Assembly: GCA_014905635.1 (NCBI GenBank)
Contig: JABVCE010000016.1
Coordinates: 124,001-188,000 of the forward strand
DNA: 64,000 nt
From: Scenedesmus sp. PABB004
Taxonomy: Eukaryota
Direction of reading: 5' to 3'
Shown: one piece after another, positions 22,284 to 33,962 of the stretch
Numbering within the stretch: the first letter of the stretch is position 1
Layout: every line of letters begins with the position of its first letter
Notes under the pieces: model-generated
The model's database searches: none
The model's input: the letters and a program-made list of their open reading frames with translations, nothing else
What the model was told of the DNA's origin: nothing
Translations under genes and position numbers: made by a program

Positions 22284-23518
22284 AAATGGGCGCGGCGCGG
22301 CGCGCAGGCGAGCGCGTGCGTTGCTCACGCGCGCGAGCGCGCGCACCCGTCGCTGCGCCGGCGCTGAAGCCGATGGGGGCATGGCAGCCGAGAACGAGCT
22401 CCTCCAGCCGGACGAGGCCGCTGACGGGCGCGAGGTCGGCCCACAGCGCTGTGGGGCTGCGGGAGTCGAGGGTGGCGTGCAGGGCCTCGAGGTTGGCCAA
22501 CGCCGGCTCGCCCTGCAGCAGCGCCACCGCCTCGGCGCCCCACGCGCCCCGGTGCAGCGCGAAGAGCCGGCGCAGCCGCCCCGCGGCGGCGCCCGGGGCG
22601 GCCGCGAGCGCGCTCAGCAGCTCCGCCACGGGCGTGGGCGCCGCGAGCGGCGGCGCGAACATCTGCCCCCCGCCCGCCGGGCACGGGTCGCTCTGGTCGA
22701 GCGGCGGCGACAGCTGCAGGCTGTGCAGCGCCGGCAGCTCGGCGAGCGCCGCCCACGGCACCGCGTCACTGCCGCCGGCGCACACCTCGAGGACCTGCAG
22801 CGCCGACAGCGCGCCGGCGACGCGCGGCAGGGCCGGCAGCAGGCGCGTGTCCGTGAGGCACAGGTCGGTCAGGCCCGGCGCGAGCGGGGCGAGCCCCTCC
22901 GCGAACGCGTCTGCGAAGGCCTGGAAGCTGGGCAGACCGCGGGCGTAGGGCGCGCCCGCCCCTGCGCTGACCGTTATGCTGTCGGTGTGAAACGTCAGCG
23001 CCCGCAGCCGCCCGCCGCCGCCGGCGCCGCCGTGCGGGCCCGCCAGCAGTCGCAGCAGCGCCGCGAGCGCCTCGGGCGTGCCGCGCCGCGGCGCCGCGGC
23101 GTGCACTGTGGCATGGCCCGGGGGCGGCGGCATCGGCAGGTCCAGCGACACAAAGACGCGGCCCTCGCGCGACAGGCGCGATAGGCCGCGCCGCAGCGCC
23201 GCGGGGCCCGCCGCGCCGATCAGGGCCGGCGTCAGCTGCACGGCGCGCGCGCCCTCGCTGATGCCCGCGCGCCAGGCCGCGCAGACCACGCTGCCCGACA
23301 GGCAGCTCAACAGGTCCAGGCGCCTGCCGACGGCCTGCGGTGCGCGGCGGCGCGTCGGCAGCAGCGCGCGCAGCAGCGGGCGCGGGCGGCGGCGCCGCTG
23401 CCGCGGCGGCGGCGCCGCTCGCGGGCCGCGCCTGCAGAGCTGGCAGCGGCAGATCCGCCCAATTGCGGTCGTCGGCGTCGTCCGCGCCTGCAGGCGCCGG
23501 CGCCGGCGGCGCCGCCAT
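20146..23518 (-). CDS. F-box/LRR (RNI-like) protein
   Basis: N-terminal WADLPLPALQ|AV...SVVCAAWR F-box-like motif followed by repeated LxxLxL units (LRALTF, LTDLCL, LQVLEV, LHSLQL, LEELVL, LRELEL, LTSLRL). Confidence 0.7.
22210..22283. repeat. (GCG)~24 microsatellite in an F-box/LRR intron
   Basis: Read directly; abuts the minus-strand acceptor. Confidence 0.9.
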
Positions 23519-23766
23519 CGCTGCGACCGGGGCGTCGAGCGTCGCTCGGTATCGTCGCTTCGTGTGGGCTGGCAGTGGCGCGGCGCAGCGCAACGCCGGC
23601 GGCAGCGGCACACCGCGTCGCCGCCGGCAAGACCTGCGCCGCGCTGAGCCCTGTCGCCCCCTCCCTGGCCCAGCTGCTCCGCCACTGTCCGCGCCCTGCA
23701 TGCCGGCGTGAGGGGGGGCCCGCCGCCACGCGCCGACGCCGCCGCGGCGCGCGCAACAGCAGCGGC

Positions 23767-26700
23767 ATGGCGTCGCAGGCCGCGCCGGGCGCCGTGGCGC
23801 TGCTCTGCTTCAGCGAGGCCAAGCGTAAGCACTACATCATCGCCAAGCCAGCCTCCAGGTGGGGGCCGGGCGCCGGCGCTGCCCGGCGCGCGGGCTGCGC
23901 AGCGGCGCGGCTGGGCGCGCGCCCGCCGCAACCGCCGCGCCCGCCGCGCCGCCACCCCCCTCCCGCCTCCACAGCCCGCGCGCGCAGCTCATCCGCATCG
24001 ACCCCGAGTCTGGGGTGCTTAAGTGGGACCAGGCGGTGGGGCGCGACACCTTTGCCAACGAGGTGCGCCGCGCCGCGCACACGCGCCGCGCCGTGGGCGC
24101 GCGCCGCACGCGCCCGTCCGCGACACCCGCGCCCGCGCGCCCGCGCGCACGTGCAGGCCGAGGCGCTCGCGTACCTGCAGGGCCAGGGAAAGGTCGAGGT
24201 GCGGGCGGCGCACGCGCAGGGGCGGCGCGCGGGGGCGGCACGCACCGGGCGGGCGGGGCGCGCGCCGGCGCCTGGCGCCCAGCCCCGCCCCGCGCCGCCC
24301 GCCGCAGGTGCTGGGGCACGGCAAGGCGGTGCTGGGGTACAGCGTGCTGGGCCCCGTCGCGCTGCTGCTGCTCGCCGAGGCGGTGCGCGTGTCGGCGGTG
24401 CTGCCCGGCGGGCACGAGGTGAAGACCGTCACGCAGAGCCGCTGGCACCGCATCGCGCTGCAGCAGCCGGAGCTCGACGCCACGAGCCAGGCCGCCGCGC
24501 GGGCGGAGCTGGAGCGCGGCGTCGACAAGACGACCGGCTTCCCCATGGACGGTGCGGCGGCGGCGGGCGCCGGCGGCGACGGCGGTGGCAGCAGCGGCAG
24601 CGCCAACGACAGCCGCGGCGGCGCCGGCAACAGCCGCGGCGGCGCCGGCAACAGCCGCGGCGGCGCCGGCAACAGCCGCGGCGGCCGCGCCCGCAGGCGC
24701 GCACTACTACTGCGAGACGCTGGACATCAGCCGCCCCTTCCCCTCGGAGCGCCCGCCGCACCAGCCGAGCTGGCCGTTTGTGTGGAACCGCGCGCTGAGC
24801 CTGCCCTTCCGCGTCGCGGGGCTGGACGGCCCCGCCGCGGTCTGCCCGCCGCTGCTGCAGGCGCGCTGCGCCCGCGCCTGCGTCTGCCGCCGCCCGCGCC
24901 CGCCGCCGCCGCGTCCGCCGTAGCCGCAACCGCCGCCGCCGCGCCGCGCCCGCCGACCCGCGCGCCCGCCGGCGCCGCCGCGCCCGCGCCCGGCAGGGCA
25001 TGGCGGAGTCGCGCGAGCTCGAGGACTTTGACGGCGCGCCGTTTTGGTACGCGCTCGTCAGCCGGCGCTGCCGGCTGCACGTCGGCCCGCGCTACAAGGC
25101 GCGCGGACTGAACGAGAACGCCGACCCGGGGAACGAGATCGAGTGCGAGCAGGTCGTCTGGCGCGGCGGCGGCGGCGGCGGCGCGGGCGCGCCGATCGCC
25201 TGGAGCAGGTGCGCGCCGCCGCGCCGCGCGGCCGGGGCCGGCGCGCTGCCGGGTCGAGGACGGGGCCTCCTGCCCCTGTGGCGCCGGCGCCCGACGCGCC
25301 GCCGGCGGCGCCGCGCCGCTGCGCCGCGCAGGTACACGTGGCGCCGCGGCAGCGTGCCGCTGTGGTGGAGCGTGACGATTCGCAACGGCGGCATGGGCGA
25401 GGCGGAGATCAAGATCCGCTCCACCAACACCTTCCGCGGCAGCCGGCGCTACGTGCGCCGCCTGCAGCGCCGCTACTTGCCCGCGGCGCACCTCGAGCCC
25501 GACGGCGAGGAGGACGGCGGCGGCGGCGGCGCCGGCGCGCAGTTGGGGCAGCAGCCACAGCCCGAGCAGCCGCACCAGCAGCAGCAGCAGCAGCAGCAGC
25601 AAGCCAGGGGCGAGGACGCGTCGCTGCAGGTGCGTCGGCGGCGCCGGGGGCGAGCGCCCGCGCGCGGCGCCCCTGGCTGTGCGCGCCCCTGGCTGCGCGC
25701 GCCGCGCCGCGCCCCGTCCATACTCGCCCGCTTGGCTCGCCCCGCGCCGCGCGCCTGGCCGCCCTCCCAGGTGCCGGTCGTGTTCTTCAGCCTACTGCGC
25801 AAGGGCACGCCCGACCGCGACCGCAGCGAGGCGAAGCTGGCCGAGGCGTTTGACTTCCTCGCCGGCCAGCTGCGCAGCGGGCCGCGCCGGCTGCCGGTGT
25901 CGTACGTCGCGCTCGACTGGCACCAGCTCGACAAGGAGCTCGGCAGCGAGGCGCTCGTGGAGGCGTTCTGGTCGCAGCTCTCCGCGCTGCTGCCGCCGCA
26001 GGTGCGCGCGCGGGCGCGCGCCGGCGGCGCGGGCGGCGGGCGGCGGGCGGCGGGCGGCGGGCGGCGGGCGGCGGGCGGCGGGCGGCGGGCGGCGGGCGGC
26101 GGGCGGCGGGCGGCGGGCGGCGGGCGGCGGGCGGCGGGCGGCGGGCGGCGGGCGGCGGGCGGCGGGCGGCGGGCGGCGGGGCGGGCGGCGGGCGGCGGGC
26201 GGCGGGCGGCGGGCGGCGGGCGGCGGGCGGCGGGCGGCGGGCGGCGGGCGGCGGGCGGCGGGCGGCGGGCGGCGGGCGGCGGGCGGCGGCGGCGGGGCTG
26301 CACGTCGGGCGGGGCTGCACGTCTGGCGGGGCTGCACGTCGGGCGGGGAGCGCCGACGCGCCTGCCTGCCGCCGCGCGCAGGGCTTTGCGCTGGGGACGC
26401 TGATCAAGGTGGGGCCCGACCACAACGACGACGACGCCGTGGAGCTCGCCAGCGGCGGCGAGCGCGCGGGCGGCCCCAGCCCCGCGGCGGCGGCGGCCGC
26501 GGCCGCGCTCGAGGCGGGCGCGCGCGGCTACAGCGCGGCGGGGCGCGGCTGGGCGGCGCGCTGGTTCCGGCAGCAGCGCGGCGTCGCGCGCTACAACTGC
26601 GCCGACTCGCTCGACCGCACCAACGTGGGCAGCTTCTTCGGCGCGGTGCAGGTCTTTGTTGAGCAGTGCCGCGAGCTGGACATCGCCATCGCCGCCACGA

Positions 26701-29245
26701 GCGCGGGCGCCGCGAGCACGGCGCGCCAGGCGCTGCTGCGCCGCCAGGCGGCCGCGGCCGCGGCCGCGGCGGCGGCGGGCGGCCCGGCCGGCGCCGCCGC
26801 CGCGGGCGGCTCCGGCGCCGGCGCGGGCGCAGCCGCGGGCGCGGGCGCGGGGCGGCCGCCGCTGGCGGGCGGCAGCGGCGGCAGCAGCGGCTTCCTCTCC
26901 AGCCTGGGCAAGGACCTGTCGCGGGGGCTGGGGACGGTCATCGCCGACCGGCGCGCGAGCCCGCGCGACTCGCCCCGCGACGCGCGCGCGCACAGCACGC
27001 CCAACCTCGCCCTGCTGCAGCCGCAGCAGGGCGACGGCGGCGGCGCGCCGTCGCCGGCGCCGTCGCCCGGACGCGGCGGCGAGTTGCGGCTGCAGGCGCT
27101 GCAGGCCGCGGGCGGGCAGCAGGCGCAGCAGCAGCCGGCGGCGGCGCAGCAGGCGGCGGCGGCGGCGCAGCAGGCGGCGGCGGCTGCGCAGCAGGCGCAG
27201 CCGGGCGCGGAGCAGGCGCTGCCGCCGGGCTGGGAGGCCAAGTTTGACCCCAGCAACAAGCGGCTGTTCTACGTCGACCACAACACCAAGACCACGACCT
27301 GGGAGCGGCCGGCCTGGACCGCGGAGCAGCGGGCGCACGCGGCGCAGCAGCAGGCGCAGCAGCAGGCGCCGCCGTCGGACGGTAAGCGAGGGCGGGCGCG
27401 GGCCCGGACGTCCCGCCGCTGCTGCCCCCCTCCTCCTCTGCCGCCCACCTCCCGCCCGCCGATCCGCAGGCGTCAGCAACGGCAGCAGCGAGCGGCCGCC
27501 GGCGGGCGCGCCCGGCAGCGGCGCGGCGGCGGCCGCCGCCGCGCGCAGCTCGCCCGCGCACTCGCGGCCGGGTAGCGCGCACTCGCGCCGCTCCGCCGCG
27601 CCCGACGACGCGTCGGGCAGCGACAGCGACACCGGCGGTGCGCGCGCGCGCGCGCGCAGCACGCAGCGCGCGCCTCGCCCCTTCGCGCCGCGCCGCGCCG
27701 CGCCAGCGCCCACCCCGTCCCCGCCCCCTGCGCCCCCGCTCCCCCGCGCGCAGGCGAGGCGCGGGAGCGGTACGAGCCGCTCACGCCGTGGTGCATGCTC
27801 GCGCCGGGGCGCGCGCGCGTGCGCGGCTTTGCGCGCCGCGTGAGCCCCGCCGCGCTGAGCGGCCTGGCCGAGCTGTTCATGATGAACGGCGACATGTGCG
27901 CCTGGCTCTACACCGGCTCGCCCGCGATGCACAGCGAGAAGCTCACGCTGTTTGAGCCGGAGAGCAGCCGCCTGCGCCGCGCGGGCGCGGGCGCGTACGG
28001 CAACAGCATCATCGCCATCCGCCGGTGCGTGTGTGCGAACCCGGCGCGGACGCGCGCCCATACGCCCCGGGCGTGTGCCTCGCGCCCGCGGCGGCGGCGC
28101 TGGCGCTGGCGCACTGCCGCCGCCCGCCGCGCCGCGCTCGCGCGCCGTGTCCACGCGCGCCGCCGCCGCTCGTGTCCGCGCCGCCGCCAGGCGGTACAAC
28201 AACGTGCTGATGGACGACGAGCGCAAGATGCAGGCGGAGATCTTTCTGGGGCTCAAGCGCCGCACCTACTTCCCCACGCTGCACGTCGAGTACAGGCGCG
28301 CAGGGAGCGGCGCGCGTGCGACGGGGCATTGGCACGACTGCGCGCGGCGGGCCGATCACGCACAGTGCTCGGCGTCGCGGCCGCGCGCCGCGCGGCGCGC
28401 TCACGACGACCCCGCCGCGGCGCGCGCAGGGAGGCGGAGGCCGTGCCGGACGACTGGCCCGAGAGCGGCGACGAGGCGGACGCGGAGGCCGACCCGCTCG
28501 GCATGCTCACGTGGCCGCTGGAGAGCGGCAAGGCGCGCGGCGGCGGCGGCGGCGCGGGCGGCACGGCGCTCGGCGCGGTCGGGCGCTCCGCGGAGCGCGC
28601 GGGCCAGGTGAGCCCGCGCGCGTGCGCGCGCCCCGCTCCGCCCCGGGCGGCAGCTCCCGCCGCGGCCGCCGCGCGCGCGGCCGCCGCGGCTGCCGCCGCC
28701 CCACCGCCGCCGCGGCGCCGCGCGTGCGCGCAGGGCGCGGTGCCCACGGCCGCGGACGACCTGCTGGACCGGCTCGGCGCCCACACGCGGAGCTTCAGCA
28801 GCGAGAAAATCTTTGCAGACTTTAGGGCCGCCGCCGGCGCGGCCGCGGCGGCGGCGGGCGCCGCCGCGGCGGCCGTGGCCGGCGCCGCGGGCGGCGCCGG
28901 CGCGGGCGGCGGGCTGCTGGTGCGGCGGCGCGGTGCGGGCAGCGGGCGGCGGCGGCGGCACGCGCGCGCTCCCTCCCTCACGCCAACCGTTGCCGCCGCG
29001 TCGCGCGCAGGGCGCCGGGCGCCCGCCGCTCCCAACGCCGCCGCGGCCAGCGGCGGCGCGGCCGCCGCGCCGGCGAGCTTCACGCGGCCGGCGCCCGCGC
29101 CGGCTGCGGCGGCCGCCGCGGCGGCGCGGTCGCCGGGGCGGCGGGCGGCAAGGCGGTGCCGGGGTTTGACTCAGAGCTCGCGGACCGCGCGCCGCCCGCG
29201 CCAAACGTGCTGCGCCCGTTTGAGGACCCGCTCGGCCTGCTGTGA
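23767..29245 (+). CDS. SAC9: SAC9-like phosphoinositide phosphatase with WW domain
   Basis: RYKARGLN..PGNEIECEQ, WRRGSVPLWW, catalytic RYNCADSLDRTN (CX5RT, SAC9-type), WW domain LPPGWEAKFDPSNKRLFYVDHNTKTTTWERP, LYTGSPAMHS; TGTAA at 29425-29429. Confidence 0.92.
24608..24684 (+). repeat. 21-bp tandem repeat (about 3.7 copies) in a SAC9 intron
   Basis: AACAGCCGCGGCGGCGCCGGC units between the donor at about 24552 and the acceptor at about 24696. Confidence 0.8.
26024..26292 (+). repeat. (GGCGGGC)n heptamer array in a SAC9 intron
   Basis: Read directly; followed by three GGCTGCACGTC copies. Confidence 0.9.
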
Positions 29246-29459
29246 CGCGGCATGCCGGCGCCGGCGCGCGGGCTGCGCGCTGCGCAGCTGGGGATGTCGG
29301 GCGGGGGCTGGGGCGGCAGAACACCACCACCACCACATGGTCTCGCAGGGGCGCAGGCAGTCGGCGCTGTGGTATGTACAGCAGCAGGGGCATCCGTGTC
29401 CGGGAGCGCCGCAGCGCGCGCGAGTGTAAGAACGTGCCACGCCCCGGTCGCGCCCGCGG

Positions 29460-30668
29460 TCACGCCCCCCGCTCGCTCGGCGCCGCCGCGGCCAGCGCCG
29501 CCGCCGCCTCGGCCGGCCAGTTGACCGTCGCGCCGTGCGCGCCGCACGCGACGACGTGGTGCAGCAGCTGCGCGGGGCGGCGGCGCGCCGCGTCGGCCGG
29601 GCGACACGAGCGGCGGCCCGGCGCGGCAGCCGCCCCGCGGCGCCGCGCACCTCGACGCTGCGCACGCCCCACGCGCGGACCGCGAGGCCCGCGGCCGCGA
29701 CGCGGGCGGCGCCCTCGGGCGTGAGCGCGTTGGCACGCAGGCACAGCATGGCCAGCCCCGCGCGCCGCGCCGCGTCGATGTGCTCCTGCGCCACCTCTTG
29801 TATCAGCCAGCCGTGCGGCACCTCCGGCAGCAGCTGCCGCGGGGGGGGGGGGGGGGGGGGCAGCAGGCCCGCCTGGGCGTCGGCGCCCGCGCGGCGGCGG
29901 TGTGCGACGACGCCAGCGCGCGCACGAGGGCCCGCCCCACCTGCTTGGACGCCTGCAGCTGCGCAAGGTGGAACGACGTGATCGTCAGCCCCGGCACCCC
30001 CCAGTCGGCCGCCGCAGCAGCTGCTGCATCGCCCGGGCCGTGCTCGCCGTCTCGCCGCTGCCGATGGAGCTCTTGCCAGCCGTGCTGCCGCACGAGCGCC
30101 GCGACCGCTGCGGGCAGGGCCGGCTGCTGCGACTTGAGCTCCTGCAGGGGGGCCAGCGGGCGCGGCCGGGGGGTCGGCGCCGCGGCGGCGACGCGCCGCT
30201 GGCGAACGCCCGCGCGGGCGCCGCGCCGCGCCCCGGCCCGGCCGCCGCGCACCAGGTGGATGTGGGCGCGCCCCGCATAGCGCTCCAGCACCTGCGCCAG
30301 CGTCGGGATGCGCGTGCCCGCAAACTGCGGCCCGAACCACGCGCCGGCGTCGAGCGCCTGCAGCTCCGCGGCGCTGCGCGCTGCGAGCAGACCCGCGCCG
30401 TCGTCGGTGCGCCCGAGCGCCTCGTCGTGGTGGATCACCGCCACGCCGTCCGCCGACAGCTGGGTGTCGGTCTCAAAGTGGGGAAAGCCCTGCGCGCGGC
30501 GCGGGGGCGGGCGCGGCTCGCCGGGCGGTGCACGCAGCGGCGGCAGGCAGCGGCCGCCAGCGGCGCCGGGCCGCCGCGCGCCTTCTCCAGCGCGGCGTCA
30601 AACGATCGCAGCGTGTTCTCGGGGTAGTGCTCAGAATCGCCCCTGTGAGCAATTAGGGTCAAAACCAT
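29460..30668 (-). CDS. Glycerophosphodiester phosphodiesterase (GDPD family)
   Basis: LIAHRG..YPENTLRSF, FETDTQLSADGVAVIHHD..LGRT, IPTLAQVL, HL|ELK, ITSF, VRAWGV, GATVNWP; an in-frame upstream ATG at 30782 is also possible. Confidence 0.93.
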
Positions 30669-31194
30669 GGGCGCCGGTGCTGCGGCGCGGAGCAGCGGCG
30701 GCGGGCTGGGCGGTTCCGCGCGGCGGGCGTGGTGCCGTGGTACTTGGGGTGCTGGGGGTGAGTGCCATGGGGTGAGTGCCATGGCGCGCGGGGGGCTGTG
30801 CGCCGCGTAGCAGGCCGTTGAAGGTGGGTGGGCGCCGACGCTCGTTCGGTTTTGGCCGCGCATGCGCCGAGCCGCGCCGCGCCGCGCCGCGCCGGCCAGC
30901 GACTCCTGGCCGTCGTTCAACACCCTCCGCGCCGTATCGCCCTCCCAAGCCCTGCCAGCGGGAAGCCGTGTTGCTCGCTGCTGCCCGCCCGCCCAGCGCG
31001 CCCGTGCGGTCCAGCCGGCGCCCACTTCGCCGCCCGCGGGAGCCCCGAAGCGCGACCCTTGCCTCCGCGCGCCGGCAGACCGCGCCCGGGAGCAGCAGCA
31101 GCAGGGCGGTGCATGCCCGCGCCGCCGCGCAGCTAGCGGCGCCGACGCTCGCCCGCAGCCCCGCCCGGCGCTGGACGGCGCACCGCCAGCGGCC

Positions 31195-33884
31195 ATGGCG
31201 CAGTACAGCTTCCCCATCCTGGAGAACGATGAGCTGCTGCCGTGCATGGAGGAGATGGAGCTCGCCATCACGGCCGCGCAGCTCGCCAAGCCCACCGCCG
31301 ACGTCGTGGGCCCACTCTTCGAGAGCGTGCTCATCAGCCTCACCGGCGTCACGCGGTGAGCGGCGCGCCCGGGCCTGGGGTCGCCGACGCGGCCGCCGCC
31401 GGCGCGCGCCGGCGCGGGCGACAACCGCCGAGCGCGCACGCGCCGCGCCGCGCCGCCCGCGCCGCAGCGAGGAGCTCAACCAGCCGCTCTTCGCGGCCAT
31501 CGACGCCTTCGAGTACCCCGAGCTCCACGACGAGTCCATCGCGGCGCGCAACTTCTACAGGCGAGCGCTCGACGGGCCGCCGGCGCTGCAGCAGCAGCGC
31601 GCAGCACGGCCCAGCCGTGGCGCGCGTGCGCCGCGAGCTCACCTGCCGCCCCGCCCCTGCCGCCCCGCCGCAGGCACCTGGTGAAGCTCATGGCCGCGTG
31701 CGGCGTCAAGGACTTTGGCACCAAGGCGCGGCGCGGCGTGGCCGGCGGCGCCTGCGCGCTCGGCGCGCCTGGCGCAGCAGCGCCAGCGGCGGCGGCGCCA
31801 GGCGTTCGCGCGCGGCGCTCGGCAGCCCACGCCGCCCGCGGCGCGCACGTGCGCGCGCGCCGCCGCCCTCGCCCTCGTTGCCCCGCAGGACATCCACAAG
31901 CCCGAGCCCGCGCGGCTGCGGCGCCACCTGAGCGCTCTCATCAACTTTGCCAAGTTCAGGGAGGAGAAGCTGGTCGCCTACAGGTACGCGTGGGCCGAGG
32001 CGCGCACCGCGCGGCGCGGCGGTGCTGCCGCGCGCGCGCCGAAGCTCGGCGTGGGGCCCGACGCACGCGCGCCGCGGCGGCCGCCGCCGCCGCGACCGCC
32101 GCGACCGCCGCCGCGCAGCGAGATGAGCGCCGAGCTCGACGGGCTCGCCGCGGAGCAGCAGCGCCTGCAGGAGCTGCTCGCGGCCAAGGAGGCGGACAAG
32201 GCGCGCATGCTCGCGGAGCGCGCGGGGCAGCAGGAGGAGGCGTCGGGCGTGCAGGCCGAGGTCGCGGAGCTCACGGCGCAGAACCAGGCACTGAACAAGC
32301 AGTTCATGGCGCTCGCGGGTGACCAGCAGCGCGGCAGGCGCCAGCGCCGCAGCGGCGCGCGGCAGCAGCAGCGCGCGCCGCCAGGGCGCTGCGCCGGCGC
32401 GCCCCGCCGGGCGGCCGTGCGTGCGACCTGCCCTGCCGCCGCGCCGCTCTGCGTCGCAGGCGAGCTCAAGGGCCTCAAGGCGCAGTGCAACGGCCTCGCC
32501 GACGCGGCGGCGGCGGAGAAGTTTGAGCTGCTGGCGGCCAAGCAGGAGAACGAGCGGCTCAACGACCAGATCGTGCAGGCGCGCGCGCGCGTCGGCGCGC
32601 GCGCGCGCGCCGGCGCCACGCGCCACGCGCCGCGCCGGCAGCAGCGGGCTGGGCCTCGCGTGCCCGCAGGGCGGCATGCGCAGACGCGGCCGCCGCGGCC
32701 CACGCCCGCCGCGCTGTGCTGCGCCGCGCGCGCGCGCAGTCGCCCGAGAAGTTCCAGCGCTCGCTCGCGGAGCTCACGGCGGCGGTGGAGAGCGAGCGCG
32801 GCGCCGTGGAGGAGGCGGACCGCGCGCGCAGCGAGCTCGCGGCGCGCCAGGAGATGGTCGGCAAGGTGCGCGGCAGCAAAGCGGCAGCGCGTGGCGCGGC
32901 CCCAGGCCCTGCCGCTGCGGCTGCTGCTGCGTGCCCCCGCCCCGCCCCGCCTCCTGCCGCGCTCCTCACGGCTGCCGCCCGCCGCCGCCGCTCGCCCGCC
33001 GCGCCGCGCCGCGCCGCGCCCCCCAGGTTGACAAGGAGGTGGCCAAGTGCATCGAGCTCATGACCGAGCTGGAGACGGCGGTGGCGACCAAGAAGCAGCA
33101 CAGGCGCGCGCCGCGGCACGCGCCTGTGCCCGCCTGCCAGCCGGCGCACGCAGCCGGCCGCGCTGCCCCCGCCGCCGCGCTGACCGGCCGCCCGCACGCC
33201 TGCACTGCCACCGCCCGCGCGCAGCCGCACCGCCAAGGAGCTGCGCGAGTCGATCAGCGGCGCGCAGCTCGACGCGGGCGACCTGGAGCAGCAGCAGCAG
33301 CACCTGCGCCGCCAGCTCGCGACGCTGTCGGACAGGATCAAGCGCCTGGAGAGCCAGGTGCGGCGGCGGTGGCGCTGCGGCGCTGCGGACGCGTGCGCCC
33401 GCCCGGCAGCCGGCGCGCTGAGCGTGCCGCGCGGGGGCGCGCTCTGCGCAGGCGGCGGTGAGGAAGGAGGCGCTGGAGAGCAGCATCGAGGAGCAGCTGC
33501 GCGACAAGGAGGCGGTGCAGGCGGAGAACGCGGCGCAGCAGGCGCTGTGCCTGCAGCACGAGGCCGAGGTGCGGCCGCAGCGCTCGGCGCCCGCAGCGCC
33601 GGCTGCGCGCGCGTGGGGCGCCGGGCTGAGCCGCGCGCGCGCGCCCGCCCGCCCCGCAGACGCGCGCGGTGAGCGAGCGCACGGCCGAGCTCAAGGCGCG
33701 CCACGCGTCTGCGGTCGCGGGGCTGCTGGCCCGCTACGGCCAGCTGCGCGGCGAGGTGGCGCGTTACAACGCGGGCCTGGAGGCCGTCATGGCCGCCGGC
33801 AAGGCCGGCGGCGCGGGCGCCGGCGGCGAGCCCGCTGGCGCGTGCGCGGGCGGCGACGACCGCGCGCCGGGGCGCGACCAGTAG
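31195..33884 (+). CDS. NUF2: Kinetochore NDC80-complex subunit Nuf2 (11 exons)
   Basis: MAQYSFPIL, LAKPT, EYPELHDESI, DF..KDIHKPEPARLRRHLSALINFAKFREEKL, IVQ|SPEK and long coiled coil; TGTAA at 33904-33908. Confidence 0.93.
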
Positions 33885-33962
33885 CGCGGGCGCGGCCGGC
33901 GGCTGTAAAGTAGAGATGCGCGCGATTGCCTCGTCCGCCTCCTCCCCCTCTCGCGCCCGCGC

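Noticed and set aside
30813..30822. MSA-like AACGG element upstream of NUF2 (and E2F-like TTTCGCGC near 14754)
   Set aside because: Single short matches, not distinguishable from chance without conservation data
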